From positions 750,001-782,000 of the forward strand of contig NZ_CP013011.1 in assembly GCF_001412615.1 (NCBI RefSeq): a DNA stretch of 32,000 nucleotides, given 5' to 3'. The position numbers and the translations under genes are program-made. The DNA is from Pyrodictium delaneyi (lineage in GTDB: Archaea; Thermoproteota; Thermoprotei_A; Sulfolobales; Pyrodictiaceae). The notes under the pieces were generated by a model. The model had not been told where the DNA came from. It saw only the letters and a program-made list of their open reading frames with translations, and searched no databases. Below, one piece after another: positions 8,391 through 17,263 of the stretch. Every line of letters begins with the position of its first letter. The first letter of the stretch is position 1.

Positions 8391-8744
8391 AAGCCCTTGG
8401 CACCTCTATATATGGAGCGGGTATAGACTTAGCAAGGCATCGATATGTGCACTTAGACCTATGAATAAGAGGCACTATTTGATGGGTCTTAATAATAGTA
8501 CGCACCTTTCCGGTCGTGGTGATCCGTGTATAACGACTCTCCAAGAATACGACATATGGTCTCTAAGAGGCGAGCATGGATGTTTTCACAATCCAGGTAA
8601 TAGGTAGTGTATGGTACCCTAACCCTATACGCTCTGTCGTTTCCGCTTTTGGGAAATGCCTGTGGCTGTACTGCAACAGCTCTCTAGGGAAAACTTGTAT
8701 CATTAATTATCATTAATTCTATTGTGTTCAAAAAGCGTGGAGTG

Positions 8745-10292
8745 CTAGCCGATGCAGTGGAGTTCTGCAAGCTTTTGCGTATCAACCGACATGTTAAAGT
8801 GTATATGGGCCAGCTGGTGATATACCTCTACACCCATGTCTAACGTTAAGCCGGAGTATCGTTTTTCATTGTAGTAGTCCGATAAACGCCCTGGACTCGT
8901 TTCTAGATACATACCCATATCGAACATTGCTGCAAGATCGAGTTCAGACATTGCTGAACGCATTGGTAGGGAGTAGAGATAGAACCCTGTTATACCGTTC
9001 CTCTTATTGCGGAGTAGCATGTTGTAAAGGTTGAACAAAAGCTCCCTCTCTTCAACCATTGCCTTGAGTATTTCTAGTCCTTCAAATATAGCTATTTCGG
9101 GACGTATTTTTTCCATAGCTAAATGCATTATATCATTTAGCTCATTTACAGTGTATGCGCTAGGGTTCAATGAAATGACATGAAGCTGGCGAAGCTTGCT
9201 TGCCGTATTTCTCCCCTTAGAACTCATATCGAGCATACAGCGCGCCATATTGGAAATCGCTTGGGGGCTTGATTTGAAACTTATCACCAATACACTAATT
9301 GGTTCGCTCATTATAAACGATGTTGCTAGCATAGAAGTTACAAGTCTACTATTAACAGTAGTTGACAAGCCTATTAGTACTTGGGCACCACGAGGAATTG
9401 ATAACACACGGCATATGGCGCGTAATGCTGCCTGGGTCTCCTGCTCGGAGCCGGGAGCAGTAATCCGTATAAGGTACCTATCGTTGACACGTAGCGAGCC
9501 TAGCAGCTTACAGAGATCATACGTTTTCGTTATGTCAAATGGAGGTACCTCCTCTGGTTCTTCGGGGAGGCTGATCTCGATTACCACCCCGGGCCTCATG
9601 TAGAAGGGTAGCTCGGCCTGGTGTATCGGAGCCCAGCGGGCCTTACGCAGCTCTAGGATGCGCTGCAGCTTGCCTTGCTCTATCTGGAACCGGAGTATGA
9701 ACACAGCATCAACGATGAACTCCTCTATACCGTAGCCTACTACCCGTGCTCCATAGGGATGCTCAGCTATGAGAATCGAGGTCACGCCCAGAGGTTTGAG
9801 TCCGTTTACGAAGAAGTTCTGCAACAATTCTCGTATTTTTGCTTTATCTCGTACTATCTGGAGCATTGCTGTTATGCTATCTATTACTATTCTCCGCGCC
9901 TTTACCTCGTCTACTAGCCTTAGGACCTCCTCTAGCTGGGAGATAAGGGCATCTTCGTCAACTATTGTAAGGGCTTCTACGTAGTGAAAGAGGCCATCCT
10001 TTTCTAGAGACTCAAAATCCATGCCAAGCATGGCCATGTGGTTGAGAAAGTCGTTACGTGGTTCAACAAAGTTAAGGTATATACCTGGTTCCTTGAATCG
10101 TCGTGCTCCTTCATAAAGGAATTTTGCGGCAAATGTAGACTTTCCGGTACCTGGATTGCCGGCAAGAAGTACGACGGCGCCGCGAGGAAACCCACCGTTT
10201 AACAAGCGGTCAAGCCCATAGATCCCAGATGGCACTATCTCGACGCGCCTAGTTATTCCACCTAATTCCTTCATCAAATCTTCCGCCTTCAT
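8745..10292 (-). CDS. Two-domain KaiC/RecA-like ATPase (active N-domain, degenerate C-domain)
   Basis: SGIYGLDRLLNGGFPRGAVVLLAGNPGTGKSTFAAKFLYEG (KaiC-type Walker A) and RRIVIDSITA (Walker B). The second half (aa ~270-515) keeps a KaiC-like layout but has no P-loop (GLSTTVNSRLV). Confidence 0.85.
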   Translation of the reverse strand: MKAEDLMKELGGITRRVEIVPSGIYGLDRLLNGGFPRGAVVLLAGNPGTGKSTFAAKFLYEGARRFKEPGIYLNFVEPRNDFLNHMAMLGMDFESLEKDGLFHYVEALTIVDEDALISQLEEVLRLVDEVKARRIVIDSITAMLQIVRDKAKIRELLQNFFVNGLKPLGVTSILIAEHPYGARVVGYGIEEFIVDAVFILRFQIEQGKLQRILELRKARWAPIHQAELPFYMRPGVVIEISLPEEPEEVPPFDITKTYDLCKLLGSLRVNDRYLIRITAPGSEQETQAALRAICRVLSIPRGAQVLIGLSTTVNSRLVTSMLATSFIMSEPISVLVISFKSSPQAISNMARCMLDMSSKGRNTASKLRQLHVISLNPSAYTVNELNDIMHLAMEKIRPEIAIFEGLEILKAMVEERELLFNLYNMLLRNKRNGITGFYLYSLPMRSAMSELDLAAMFDMGMYLETSPGRLSDYYNEKRYSGLTLDMGVEVYHQLAHIHFNMSVDTQKLAELHCIG

Positions 10293-10690
10293 GACTTCTA
10301 TCCCTCAGTCTCGCTATTATATGTCTTTGCGCTCTTGTAACAGACACGCCTCCGAAACTTCTGTTGCAAACTTCAAACTCACCATACTTTTATATATATC
10401 CTCCTACCCTAATAATGCATGCCACGGGTTTCCCTAACCAACCTTGGTCAAGTCTAGCACTGAAAGGGGTTAGTTGTATGCTATCCTATTAGCACATAGC
10501 ACAGAAAGCTTTAAGCAAACCATATGCGTAGCTCCACCTTAGCTTCGAACAAGACACGAACACAGTCTTCGTGTACTCCCCCGCTGCGCGGGGGTAGATA
10601 TGTGTTATACTTTACGCTCACTCGAGTCCGACTCGATATTTCGTGTATACATTTATATTATCGTGAGGTCAACTAAATAGATTAGTTAAG

Positions 10691-11587
10691 CTATCTAACT
10701 ATTGTGGGGGAGAGAAGATAGGCAGCCATACTGGCGAGAGTTAACAGGACAACATACTTTGAGGCAAGGAGTGTATAGTTGTGGACGACTTTTGCTATGA
10801 CAATAGCTGATGCCAATACTATTGTGTTCAATGAATAGAAATAGAGGCCAGCAAGTATGGCCGTATCGACTGCCCCGCCGAACCCGGGTATGCTGCTCAT
10901 GGCTGTTTTCTCCACTAATGCTTGGACTATGCCGGCTGCTACTGCGTAGGTGAGTGAGGCTAGCGAAACCACGAAGCTATACTCTGAGAGCCTGGACTGG
11001 GTCATTTTCATCAGTCTCCTGCTCTCTCTTGAGTGCGTGGCAGCAGCTGTGAGGACCTCGTGTATCATGCCGCCACTCTTTGAGGCAGTCACAATGCTTC
11101 GTGCTAGTAGTCTTATTCTGCGGGGTGCACGGCGGAATGCTTCCTCAAAAGCCTTGTCAAGGTCGCCGGTGGTGCGGTATATCCTGGCCATTCGCTCCAC
11201 GTAGAGAGCTAGGGGGGGTTTAAGCACTCGAGCAGCACGGAGCAACGCATCGGCAGTAGAGCCGCTGGAGGCGGCTAGTCCAGCGTACGTCGAGAGGAAC
11301 TCGGCAAGCTCTTCGTCGAGTATGTCTATTAGTCTTGCAGTGCGTCGCGCGTAGATGTAGACTGGTAGAGAGGCTGTGGCAAGAGCGCCTGCAAGCTGTA
11401 TCATAGTTCCCTTGTCGGTGACAACTGGAATCATGTAGAATAGTTTGAAGCTATGCCGGGGTATTAGCCAGTCGACGCCAAGTATGGTGGCTAGCCTTCC
11501 AGCTAACAAGGGGTAGGCTAGTAGCCAGGCAACGGCAGATGCTATGGCCAACAGTGCTACAGCAACCTTGGTAGCTGTCTCATCCAT
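10691..11587 (-). CDS. Type IV pilus platform protein, C-terminal half (TadC/FlaJ-like T2SSF domain)
   Basis: 298 aa. N-terminal TM helices, then a cytoplasmic helical domain (LDEELAEFLSTYAGLAASSGSTADALLRAA...), then C-terminal TM helices, as in T2SSF domains. It lies directly after the other half and the ATPase. Confidence 0.7.
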   Translation of the reverse strand: MDETATKVAVALLAIASAVAWLLAYPLLAGRLATILGVDWLIPRHSFKLFYMIPVVTDKGTMIQLAGALATASLPVYIYARRTARLIDILDEELAEFLSTYAGLAASSGSTADALLRAARVLKPPLALYVERMARIYRTTGDLDKAFEEAFRRAPRRIRLLARSIVTASKSGGMIHEVLTAAATHSRESRRLMKMTQSRLSEYSFVVSLASLTYAVAAGIVQALVEKTAMSSIPGFGGAVDTAILAGLYFYSLNTIVLASAIVIAKVVHNYTLLASKYVVLLTLASMAAYLLSPTIVR

Positions 11588-11599
11588 CGTGGCAGCCCC

Positions 11600-12454
11600 C
11601 TAGACTCTAATTCTCGACACCATGGAGTCAACTATTACTATCACAGCAGCGCTCATCATTGGGACAAGTATAAAAGTAGAGAGGAACAATAGGCTGTCGA
11701 AGCTCAGCCCCGGTATAGGCTGGAACACTAACAAGAGCCCAACGACGCCTATGGCTACGGGGAGCATTACACTAACCGCTACGAAGACCTCAAGTATAGC
11801 CCCCAGGCTACTGGAGAGCTTCTCTATCTCTACTTCTAAGCCGTAGAGGTACTCCGTTATAGACGATAAGACTATCTCATTGACGCCAGTTCCCGTCCGA
11901 GCAGCGGCAGAAAGCCCTGCTAGAAGTCTACGGAGACTATACACTGGAGTGATTCGCGCAGCCTCCTCGAGGACGGTTTCCACTGGCATCCCAGCCTTAA
12001 TACCGGAAGCTATGTACTCGAGCTCAATGCGGAACTCACGGAGCTCCTTCAGCTCCTTCTCGTAGAGTCTCATAAATGACTCGGCGAGCCCGGCACCTGC
12101 GAGAAGCTTCGTAGCCAGCGCCTCGGCGAAGAGCAGGAACCGAGGCTCTAGACGTCCTCCACGGTTTTTATACGCGACAACAGGTATAGCAATGTAGAGC
12201 GCCAACATCAATACAAATGATGCGAATGCGGCTCCTAAGGCGGCAATGCTTGCTATAACTGGCTGAACTCCGAGTCTTAGGTACAAGGCTATCCAGACAA
12301 TCATAGCAACAGAGGAAACAACGATGACCATGACTACTAGGTAGGCTAAGGTGTAACGTTCCAGACTGGATGAGAGCCCGGACCCTAGTACGTGGTAGCG
12401 TAGGTCGGGGTTAAACCTTTCTCCCAGCCTCTCGAGCGCCTCCACTAGACCCAC
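11600..12454 (-). CDS. Type IV pilus platform protein, N-terminal half (TadC/FlaJ-like T2SSF domain)
   Basis: TM helices plus a cytoplasmic domain (RFLLFAEALATKLLAGAGLAESFMRLYEKELKELREF...GMPVETVLEEAARITP). The longest ORF starts at 12538 inside the ATPase gene. GTG codons at 12454 or 12445 are more plausible starts. It ends with a TAG that is in frame with the next ORF. Confidence 0.65.
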   Translation of the reverse strand: MGLVEALERLGERFNPDLRYHVLGSGLSSSLERYTLAYLVVMVIVVSSVAMIVWIALYLRLGVQPVIASIAALGAAFASFVLMLALYIAIPVVAYKNRGGRLEPRFLLFAEALATKLLAGAGLAESFMRLYEKELKELREFRIELEYIASGIKAGMPVETVLEEAARITPVYSLRRLLAGLSAAARTGTGVNEIVLSSITEYLYGLEVEIEKLSSSLGAILEVFVAVSVMLPVAIGVVGLLLVFQPIPGLSFDSLLFLSTFILVPMMSAAVIVIVDSMVSRIRV

Positions 12455-14030
12455 CGTCGGCAGCCTCCGCCTGGGCGGGCTTGAACACGTAAGGGTCAGT
12501 CTCGCTGACGGCCTCCTGGTATACGGAGTCGGGGTCACGCATATACATACGTATAATCTCGTGCAGCTCTAGCATATCCATCTTCTTTATAGCTGCCCAG
12601 CGTAGCACTGTGGCCCTCATCTCGAGGTCACGCCACACATCCCGAGGAGTCGTGACTAGAAGCTCTGCTATAGATTCCACGAACTTGCTGCTGCGAGATA
12701 CGAGCATCCATGTATCGCCTCGGCTATCCCACTGGAACAACCTACCTAATGTGACTTCATCATGCTCAACATCGTATAGCCTCGTCTCGTCAACTCTCGT
12801 AATCTTACGGTACACCCTGCCACCCTTCTCGATGCGGAGGATATTCACGTAGAGCTTCGCGGCCGCTATGAGGCTCTTAGGTACATTCATCGGCGGCGAA
12901 GCGAGTCTACGTATGAGTACACCTGCGGACTCAGCATGGACCGTGGTTAGGCCGCCGTGGCCCGTGGCTAGTGCCTGGAAGAAGGCGAAAGCCTCCCGGC
13001 TGCGTATCTCACCGACAATTATAACGTCGGGTCTCATACGGAGCGCGCTCTCTACCTGCGCCTGGAGTGTGACGTTTTGTACACCTGGCATATCGGAGAG
13101 ACGAGTATGCATGGCAGTCCAGTTATCGTGGAATGGTATATAGATCTCTGGTGTATCCTCAATAGTCACTATCTTGTACTCAGGCGGAAGCAGCATAGCA
13201 AGTGCGTTCAGGAGCGTGGTCTTGCCAGAGCCCGTGGGTCCATAGATAACAACACCCTGCTTATACTGTATAGCTGCCCAGAGAAGAGCCGCAACACCCT
13301 CGTCAAGTGTCCCACGGTTAATCAACTCGACGATTGTGAAGGGCTCAGCCCTGAACTTACGCACAGTAAAGCTGTGGCCTCGCCGCGACACTATATCAAG
13401 TACAATATGGACACGGTAGCCTTCAGGACGCAGCACACCCTCCACGATAGGCCTAGCGAGGCTAGGCTCACGGCCAGCCCGTAGCGCGAGCTTCATAACA
13501 ACTCGCTCTAGCTCGACCGGATCGCTAAAGGTAAGCCCGCTAGTCAGCCACTCGAACTCAGTATGATAAACGAACACTGGAGTGTAGAGCCCGTTGCACG
13601 ATATGTCTTCGATATAGGGATCCCTTATCATAGGGTCAAGACGGCCATAGCCAACAAGGTCTCGCGCTATATAGTAAGCTACGCCTAGAGCCTCCTGCTC
13701 GGGGTCACGACCTAGCCTCCTTAGCCTCCCCTTCCACCGCTTAATAACACTGTGAGCAAGCTTGTATGCCTCGCGTAATCCTTCGCCGAGATCCTCAAGC
13801 TCGGAGAATCTACGGAGAAGGCGTAAGTCGTTCATTATGCGTGAGAGAATTATGCTATAGGCCTTCTTACCTATATCCGTAAGCTGGGGCTCTTCGACAT
13901 GGTAGAAACGTCGGCCGTCAACGTCCTCAACTATGCGAACAACTATTGATGGTTCATCAAGAACACTATATTCGCTAAGAGTTTCGACAGTTCTCCCATC
14001 GGCTTGTTTGTTCTCGGCCAACCTCTCCAC
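12411..14030 (-). CDS. Type II/IV secretion-family ATPase (FlaI/ArlI/TadA-like pilus assembly ATPase)
   Basis: Walker A VIYGPTGSGKTTLLNAL, Walker B/Asp box RPDVIIVGEIR, His box ATGHGGLTTVHAES, and an N-terminal YHVEEPQLT motif typical of archaeal FlaI-like ATPases. GTG start. Confidence 0.9.
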   Translation of the reverse strand: MERLAENKQADGRTVETLSEYSVLDEPSIVVRIVEDVDGRRFYHVEEPQLTDIGKKAYSIILSRIMNDLRLLRRFSELEDLGEGLREAYKLAHSVIKRWKGRLRRLGRDPEQEALGVAYYIARDLVGYGRLDPMIRDPYIEDISCNGLYTPVFVYHTEFEWLTSGLTFSDPVELERVVMKLALRAGREPSLARPIVEGVLRPEGYRVHIVLDIVSRRGHSFTVRKFRAEPFTIVELINRGTLDEGVAALLWAAIQYKQGVVIYGPTGSGKTTLLNALAMLLPPEYKIVTIEDTPEIYIPFHDNWTAMHTRLSDMPGVQNVTLQAQVESALRMRPDVIIVGEIRSREAFAFFQALATGHGGLTTVHAESAGVLIRRLASPPMNVPKSLIAAAKLYVNILRIEKGGRVYRKITRVDETRLYDVEHDEVTLGRLFQWDSRGDTWMLVSRSSKFVESIAELLVTTPRDVWRDLEMRATVLRWAAIKKMDMLELHEIIRMYMRDPDSVYQEAVSETDPYVFKPAQAEAADGGSSGGAREAGRKV

Positions 14031-14223
14031 CTAGCTCATAAATTACTTCGTCGTTCTACCTGTCTAGCGGTTCGGTCATCGCTCTATGTTATGTATTAGG
14101 TTATAACGGCTTCCCAATGTTGCCAGAACTCGTTAATTATATATTCAGCAGCTAGCTCGGTAAAAAAGATCTGCATAAGAAGTAGAAATTAATGTTGCAA
14201 CGCCGGCTCATGAATCAGTGGGG

Positions 14224-14628
14224 CTAGCCGGGTACTACTGCTATTGCTTCGACTCCGTTCTTTGTAACAACCTTTACTATGATAGTACCGCTGTCTGGTA
14301 TGGTTACTGCAATCTGGCCTATCTTGCCAGGGTCTATGGGTGTGTTGACCGATGTATTGCTGCTTACCACTTCGCCGGTTGTTTGATTGATCACGTATAC
14401 AGCGCTTATGGTGACCTGAACATCGCCTACGTTACGCACATATACTATGTCGTTGACTCTATCTACTCCATCGATTTTTATACGCTCCTGGAACCGTATG
14501 TCGTTCTGGGGAGCATTCTGTACTGTTCCGCTTATCCACAGGTATAGGAGAACGGCTGTTGCTATTGCTATGAGTACTAGTAGTGCTGTAGCTACTACAG
14601 GAGATATACCCCGTATCCCATACTGCAT
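14224..14628 (-). CDS. Archaeal type IV pilin-like protein (class III signal peptide)
   Basis: MQYGIRG|ISPVVATALLVLIAIATAVLLYLWISG is a 7-aa leader ending in RG followed by the hydrophobic pilin helix. The C-domain is beta-rich with N-X-S/T sequons. GGGTGA lies upstream of the ATG. Confidence 0.8.
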   Translation of the reverse strand: MQYGIRGISPVVATALLVLIAIATAVLLYLWISGTVQNAPQNDIRFQERIKIDGVDRVNDIVYVRNVGDVQVTISAVYVINQTTGEVVSSNTSVNTPIDPGKIGQIAVTIPDSGTIIVKVVTKNGVEAIAVVPG

Positions 14629-14746
14629 GGATATTCACCCTTACACGTGCTATGTTTTAGATTTGGTGAAACACATTCCCGCTATTAAACGGAATCAAGA
14701 TACGACACGGTGATAGCTGAGTGGTGGGGGAAACATCTTAGCTTTG

Positions 14747-15193
14747 TTACTTGAGTGGTACCATGTACGTAGCTTCAACACCATTTGTTGTCACTATCCT
14801 CACCAGGGCCGTGTTACCGGTAAAGCTCCCGGCGGGTATGTTCTCGAACACGTTGATGAGGGGCGTAACGTTGCCTGGCTTGATTTCAATATTTAACGTG
14901 TCGTTTACTTTTACGATGCTGTTAGTCTGGGGATCTACCAGGTATGCTGTCGACAGGGTAGCGTTTACATCGCCAACATTACGTACATATACTGTGAAGT
15001 TGTAGTGTGTAGTGTTGGACTGCACATCAACGGTATCTATCTTTATCCGTTCTTGTAGCTGATAACTTGTCTGAGGTGTTGTCTGGACTGTTCCACTCAC
15101 CCATAGATAGAGTATCACGGCTGTTGCTATTGCTATGAGTACGAGTAGTGCTGTAGCTACTACGGGGGATACGCCTCTAAGGACCTTGACCAT
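14747..15193 (-). CDS. Archaeal type IV pilin-like protein (class III signal peptide), paralogue of 14224-14628
   Basis: MVKVLRG|VSPVVATALLVLIAIATAVILYLWVSG. The ORF track starts at 15199, but GAGGTGA directly abuts that ATG. The ATG at 15193 has 6-nt spacing and gives the same 7-aa leader as the paralogue. Confidence 0.8.
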   Translation of the reverse strand: MVKVLRGVSPVVATALLVLIAIATAVILYLWVSGTVQTTPQTSYQLQERIKIDTVDVQSNTTHYNFTVYVRNVGDVNATLSTAYLVDPQTNSIVKVNDTLNIEIKPGNVTPLINVFENIPAGSFTGNTALVRIVTTNGVEATYMVPLK

Positions 15194-15256
15194 GATCATT
15201 CACCTCGGCCGGCTCTCAGACTCCTATCCACCAGTCGTATGTAACACTCGTAAATG

Positions 15257-15266
15257 TATTATTAAA
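15257..15266 (-). promoter_or_regulatory. Candidate TATA box for the pilin/pilus operon
   Basis: The minus strand reads TTTAATAATA about 65-70 nt upstream of the pilin start, in the divergent intergenic region. No other strong AT box lies closer. Confidence 0.3.
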
Positions 15267-15508
15267 GATTTTGCGGATGGGCAGGTATGAATAGTGTACA
15301 TGTGTGGTAATTCTGTCCTCCTAGATCGAAGCTATGAAGCTATGGAACAGTATAGGACTTCCTAATATATATGTCTATATGTCTAGATGATTCCTGCCTA
15401 GTCGAAAATGACTCATATTGGTTGCTACCACGTTATTACCCTGGCATGGTGTGTTACTGTCCCCGGAGGAGGTGCTGAGACATACCAAGAACCGCTATCC
15501 GTACACTA

Positions 15509-17263
15509 ATGGTGTCAATGTTCATTGTCATAGCAATACTAGTCTTACTCGAATACATTCCTATGGGAAATGAAGGATACATGTCAAGTACTGTAAAGAG
15601 TTCTCCAGAGCAATCTATGTATACGAATACGGATAACTCAACGAAGATTAATTCTGAAGGTAGTAGCAACAATACCGTGACGAGCTGGTCGTCGATTTCC
15701 AGTAACGAGATTGCTAGAACAATGGATGCCACAGAAAACGAAGATATAGAGACCAAGATGACTGGCGTTGTTACTGTCACTACTACTACCACTGTGTTAG
15801 AAGAAAACAAGTTAATGCAGGATAACTTCCAATGGGAGCCTCCAGTTGTCAAATGGAGTTGGAAATGGATAGAACTAGGATGGAGGGGTCTCGTTGATGT
15901 CGAGACGACTAAGTTGCTTTCGAAGGGCTGTAGGTTTGATCCCGGCGTGTTTAACGAGTCTGCTGTAAGGTGCAGCTTGCTCCAGGCGCCTGCATTTACA
16001 AGATTGGCTCGAGCTTTAGCAGAGAATTCTTCTAGTATACTTGAGACAGCTGCGCGAGTTGCTGTATGGACGGCACTACATACCAAGTATATACCAGACG
16101 GCGAAGGCGTCGAGTACGTGTATACACCAGCAGAGACTCTTACACGAGGTGGGGGTGACTGTGAGGACCGTGCTCTCCTTGAGGCTGCGCTCCTCATAGC
16201 AGCGGGGATAGATAATGTAGTGCTGGTATCCTTTGAGTTTAACGATACTGACATAGGACACGTAGAGGCCGGAGTAATAGTTAATGGTACCCTTTATCTT
16301 CTGCCGCCAGTTAATGTTTCACTGCCTCTTGAACTCGAAGACTATGCAGGCTACATGTCGTTGCAGGGCTATAGGTTAGCCAGTGTAAAAGTCTATAACG
16401 TCAAAGTCTCTAGAAATGATGGAGCACTAGTAATAAGAGTAGGTGCTGAAGAACTCAGACCTCCTATGCCTCCAACAGAGCCTTGGAGACCCCCAAGAGC
16501 TTATCTTGATGTACTCGAAACTGAAGTTTTGCAGCTAATAGAGGGCCTTTACGGGAAGCCTCCTTGTCCCGGGTTTGTGCAGAGAGTGGTAGACTGGATG
16601 GCCGGCTATCTGCCGGAGCAGGAGCCGCCAATGATTCCGGTTGGCTACTACATGTATGCAGTGCCAATTACATTGTATAAGTCAAAACCTCTCTCCTATG
16701 CCATTGTGGAGGCACGTATTTACCTCGCATCGATGTTGGCCCAGGGGTTAGACCATTGGCTACGGGAGGAGAATCACTGGTGTGTAGTTGTTCACGCCGA
16801 AGCAGAGAATGTTGAAATGCAGTTATTCCGTTATACGCCTGGTGGCGCTCTGAAGGCTTATACCGGCCTTGCGCCGGCTACGGTGCTCCACGTGTTTAGC
16901 GGGCCCTGGCTACCCTGGTTTACGGCGAACGTAACCCTTGAAGATGGTCGACTAGTAATATACTCGAAGAACAATATCACTTCAATACTTGTCTACGGTG
17001 CGGGTATTGGTGACGATCTTGTAGAGCTAGTTGGCGTAGCTAAGCCCGGGGCCTTCTACCCCGGCTTGGAGACTGTAGAGGCTCTCAACTGGACCACGGA
17101 ATATAATGGATCCCTGATAGTGATTGAATATAGTAAATTGCTTGGTGCTGTCGAAGAGAAGGCTTCTAGATTGGGTGTTGAGCCTCCATTTCTCCTAGTA
17201 GTTTGGTCGGGCGACCGGGAGTTATACGAGATGCTTCTTGTGCCCCGAGATAATGGGGGCTAA
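15509..17263 (+). CDS. Membrane-anchored exoprotein with a transglutaminase-like (Cys-protease fold) domain
   Basis: N-terminal TM (FIVIAILVLLEYI), an AT-rich S/T/N low-complexity linker (VVTVTTTTTV), a TGase-core motif TLTRGGGDCEDRALLEAALLIAAGI (Cys218) followed by DIGHVEAGV, and at least 10 N-X-S/T sequons. Confidence 0.7.
   Translation: MVSMFIVIAILVLLEYIPMGNEGYMSSTVKSSPEQSMYTNTDNSTKINSEGSSNNTVTSWSSISSNEIARTMDATENEDIETKMTGVVTVTTTTTVLEENKLMQDNFQWEPPVVKWSWKWIELGWRGLVDVETTKLLSKGCRFDPGVFNESAVRCSLLQAPAFTRLARALAENSSSILETAARVAVWTALHTKYIPDGEGVEYVYTPAETLTRGGGDCEDRALLEAALLIAAGIDNVVLVSFEFNDTDIGHVEAGVIVNGTLYLLPPVNVSLPLELEDYAGYMSLQGYRLASVKVYNVKVSRNDGALVIRVGAEELRPPMPPTEPWRPPRAYLDVLETEVLQLIEGLYGKPPCPGFVQRVVDWMAGYLPEQEPPMIPVGYYMYAVPITLYKSKPLSYAIVEARIYLASMLAQGLDHWLREENHWCVVVHAEAENVEMQLFRYTPGGALKAYTGLAPATVLHVFSGPWLPWFTANVTLEDGRLVIYSKNNITSILVYGAGIGDDLVELVGVAKPGAFYPGLETVEALNWTTEYNGSLIVIEYSKLLGAVEEKASRLGVEPPFLLVVWSGDRELYEMLLVPRDNGG

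Noticed and set aside
8311-8607. 98-aa plus-strand ORF in the spacer between the KaiC-like gene and the 111-aa gene
   Set aside because: It overlaps the 5' end of the minus-strand 111-aa gene and has no start context or motif. I treat the 8391-8744 region as non-coding. It does contain a 10-nt tandem repeat, ATCATTAATT x2, at 8699-8718, of unknown significance.
14218-14547. 109-aa plus-strand ORF antisense to the pilin gene (also 14447-14713 and 14751-15005)
   Set aside because: The minus-strand frames encode textbook class III signal peptides, and these are their antisense shadows.
8745-15199. Archaellum (archaeal flagellum) operon
   Set aside because: The filament subunits are only 134 and about 148 aa. 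There is no FlaX/FlaG/FlaF set. The KaiC-like gene is double-sized, lies after the platform gene across a 398-nt spacer, and has its own promoter. The gene order differs from flaB-X-G-F-H-I-J.
15454-16254. 266-aa minus-strand ORF overlapping the start of the 584-aa gene
   Set aside because: It lies entirely antisense to an ORF that has a TM anchor and a TGase core motif. Its own translation is low-complexity S/T/V-rich with no motif, so it is most likely a shadow ORF.
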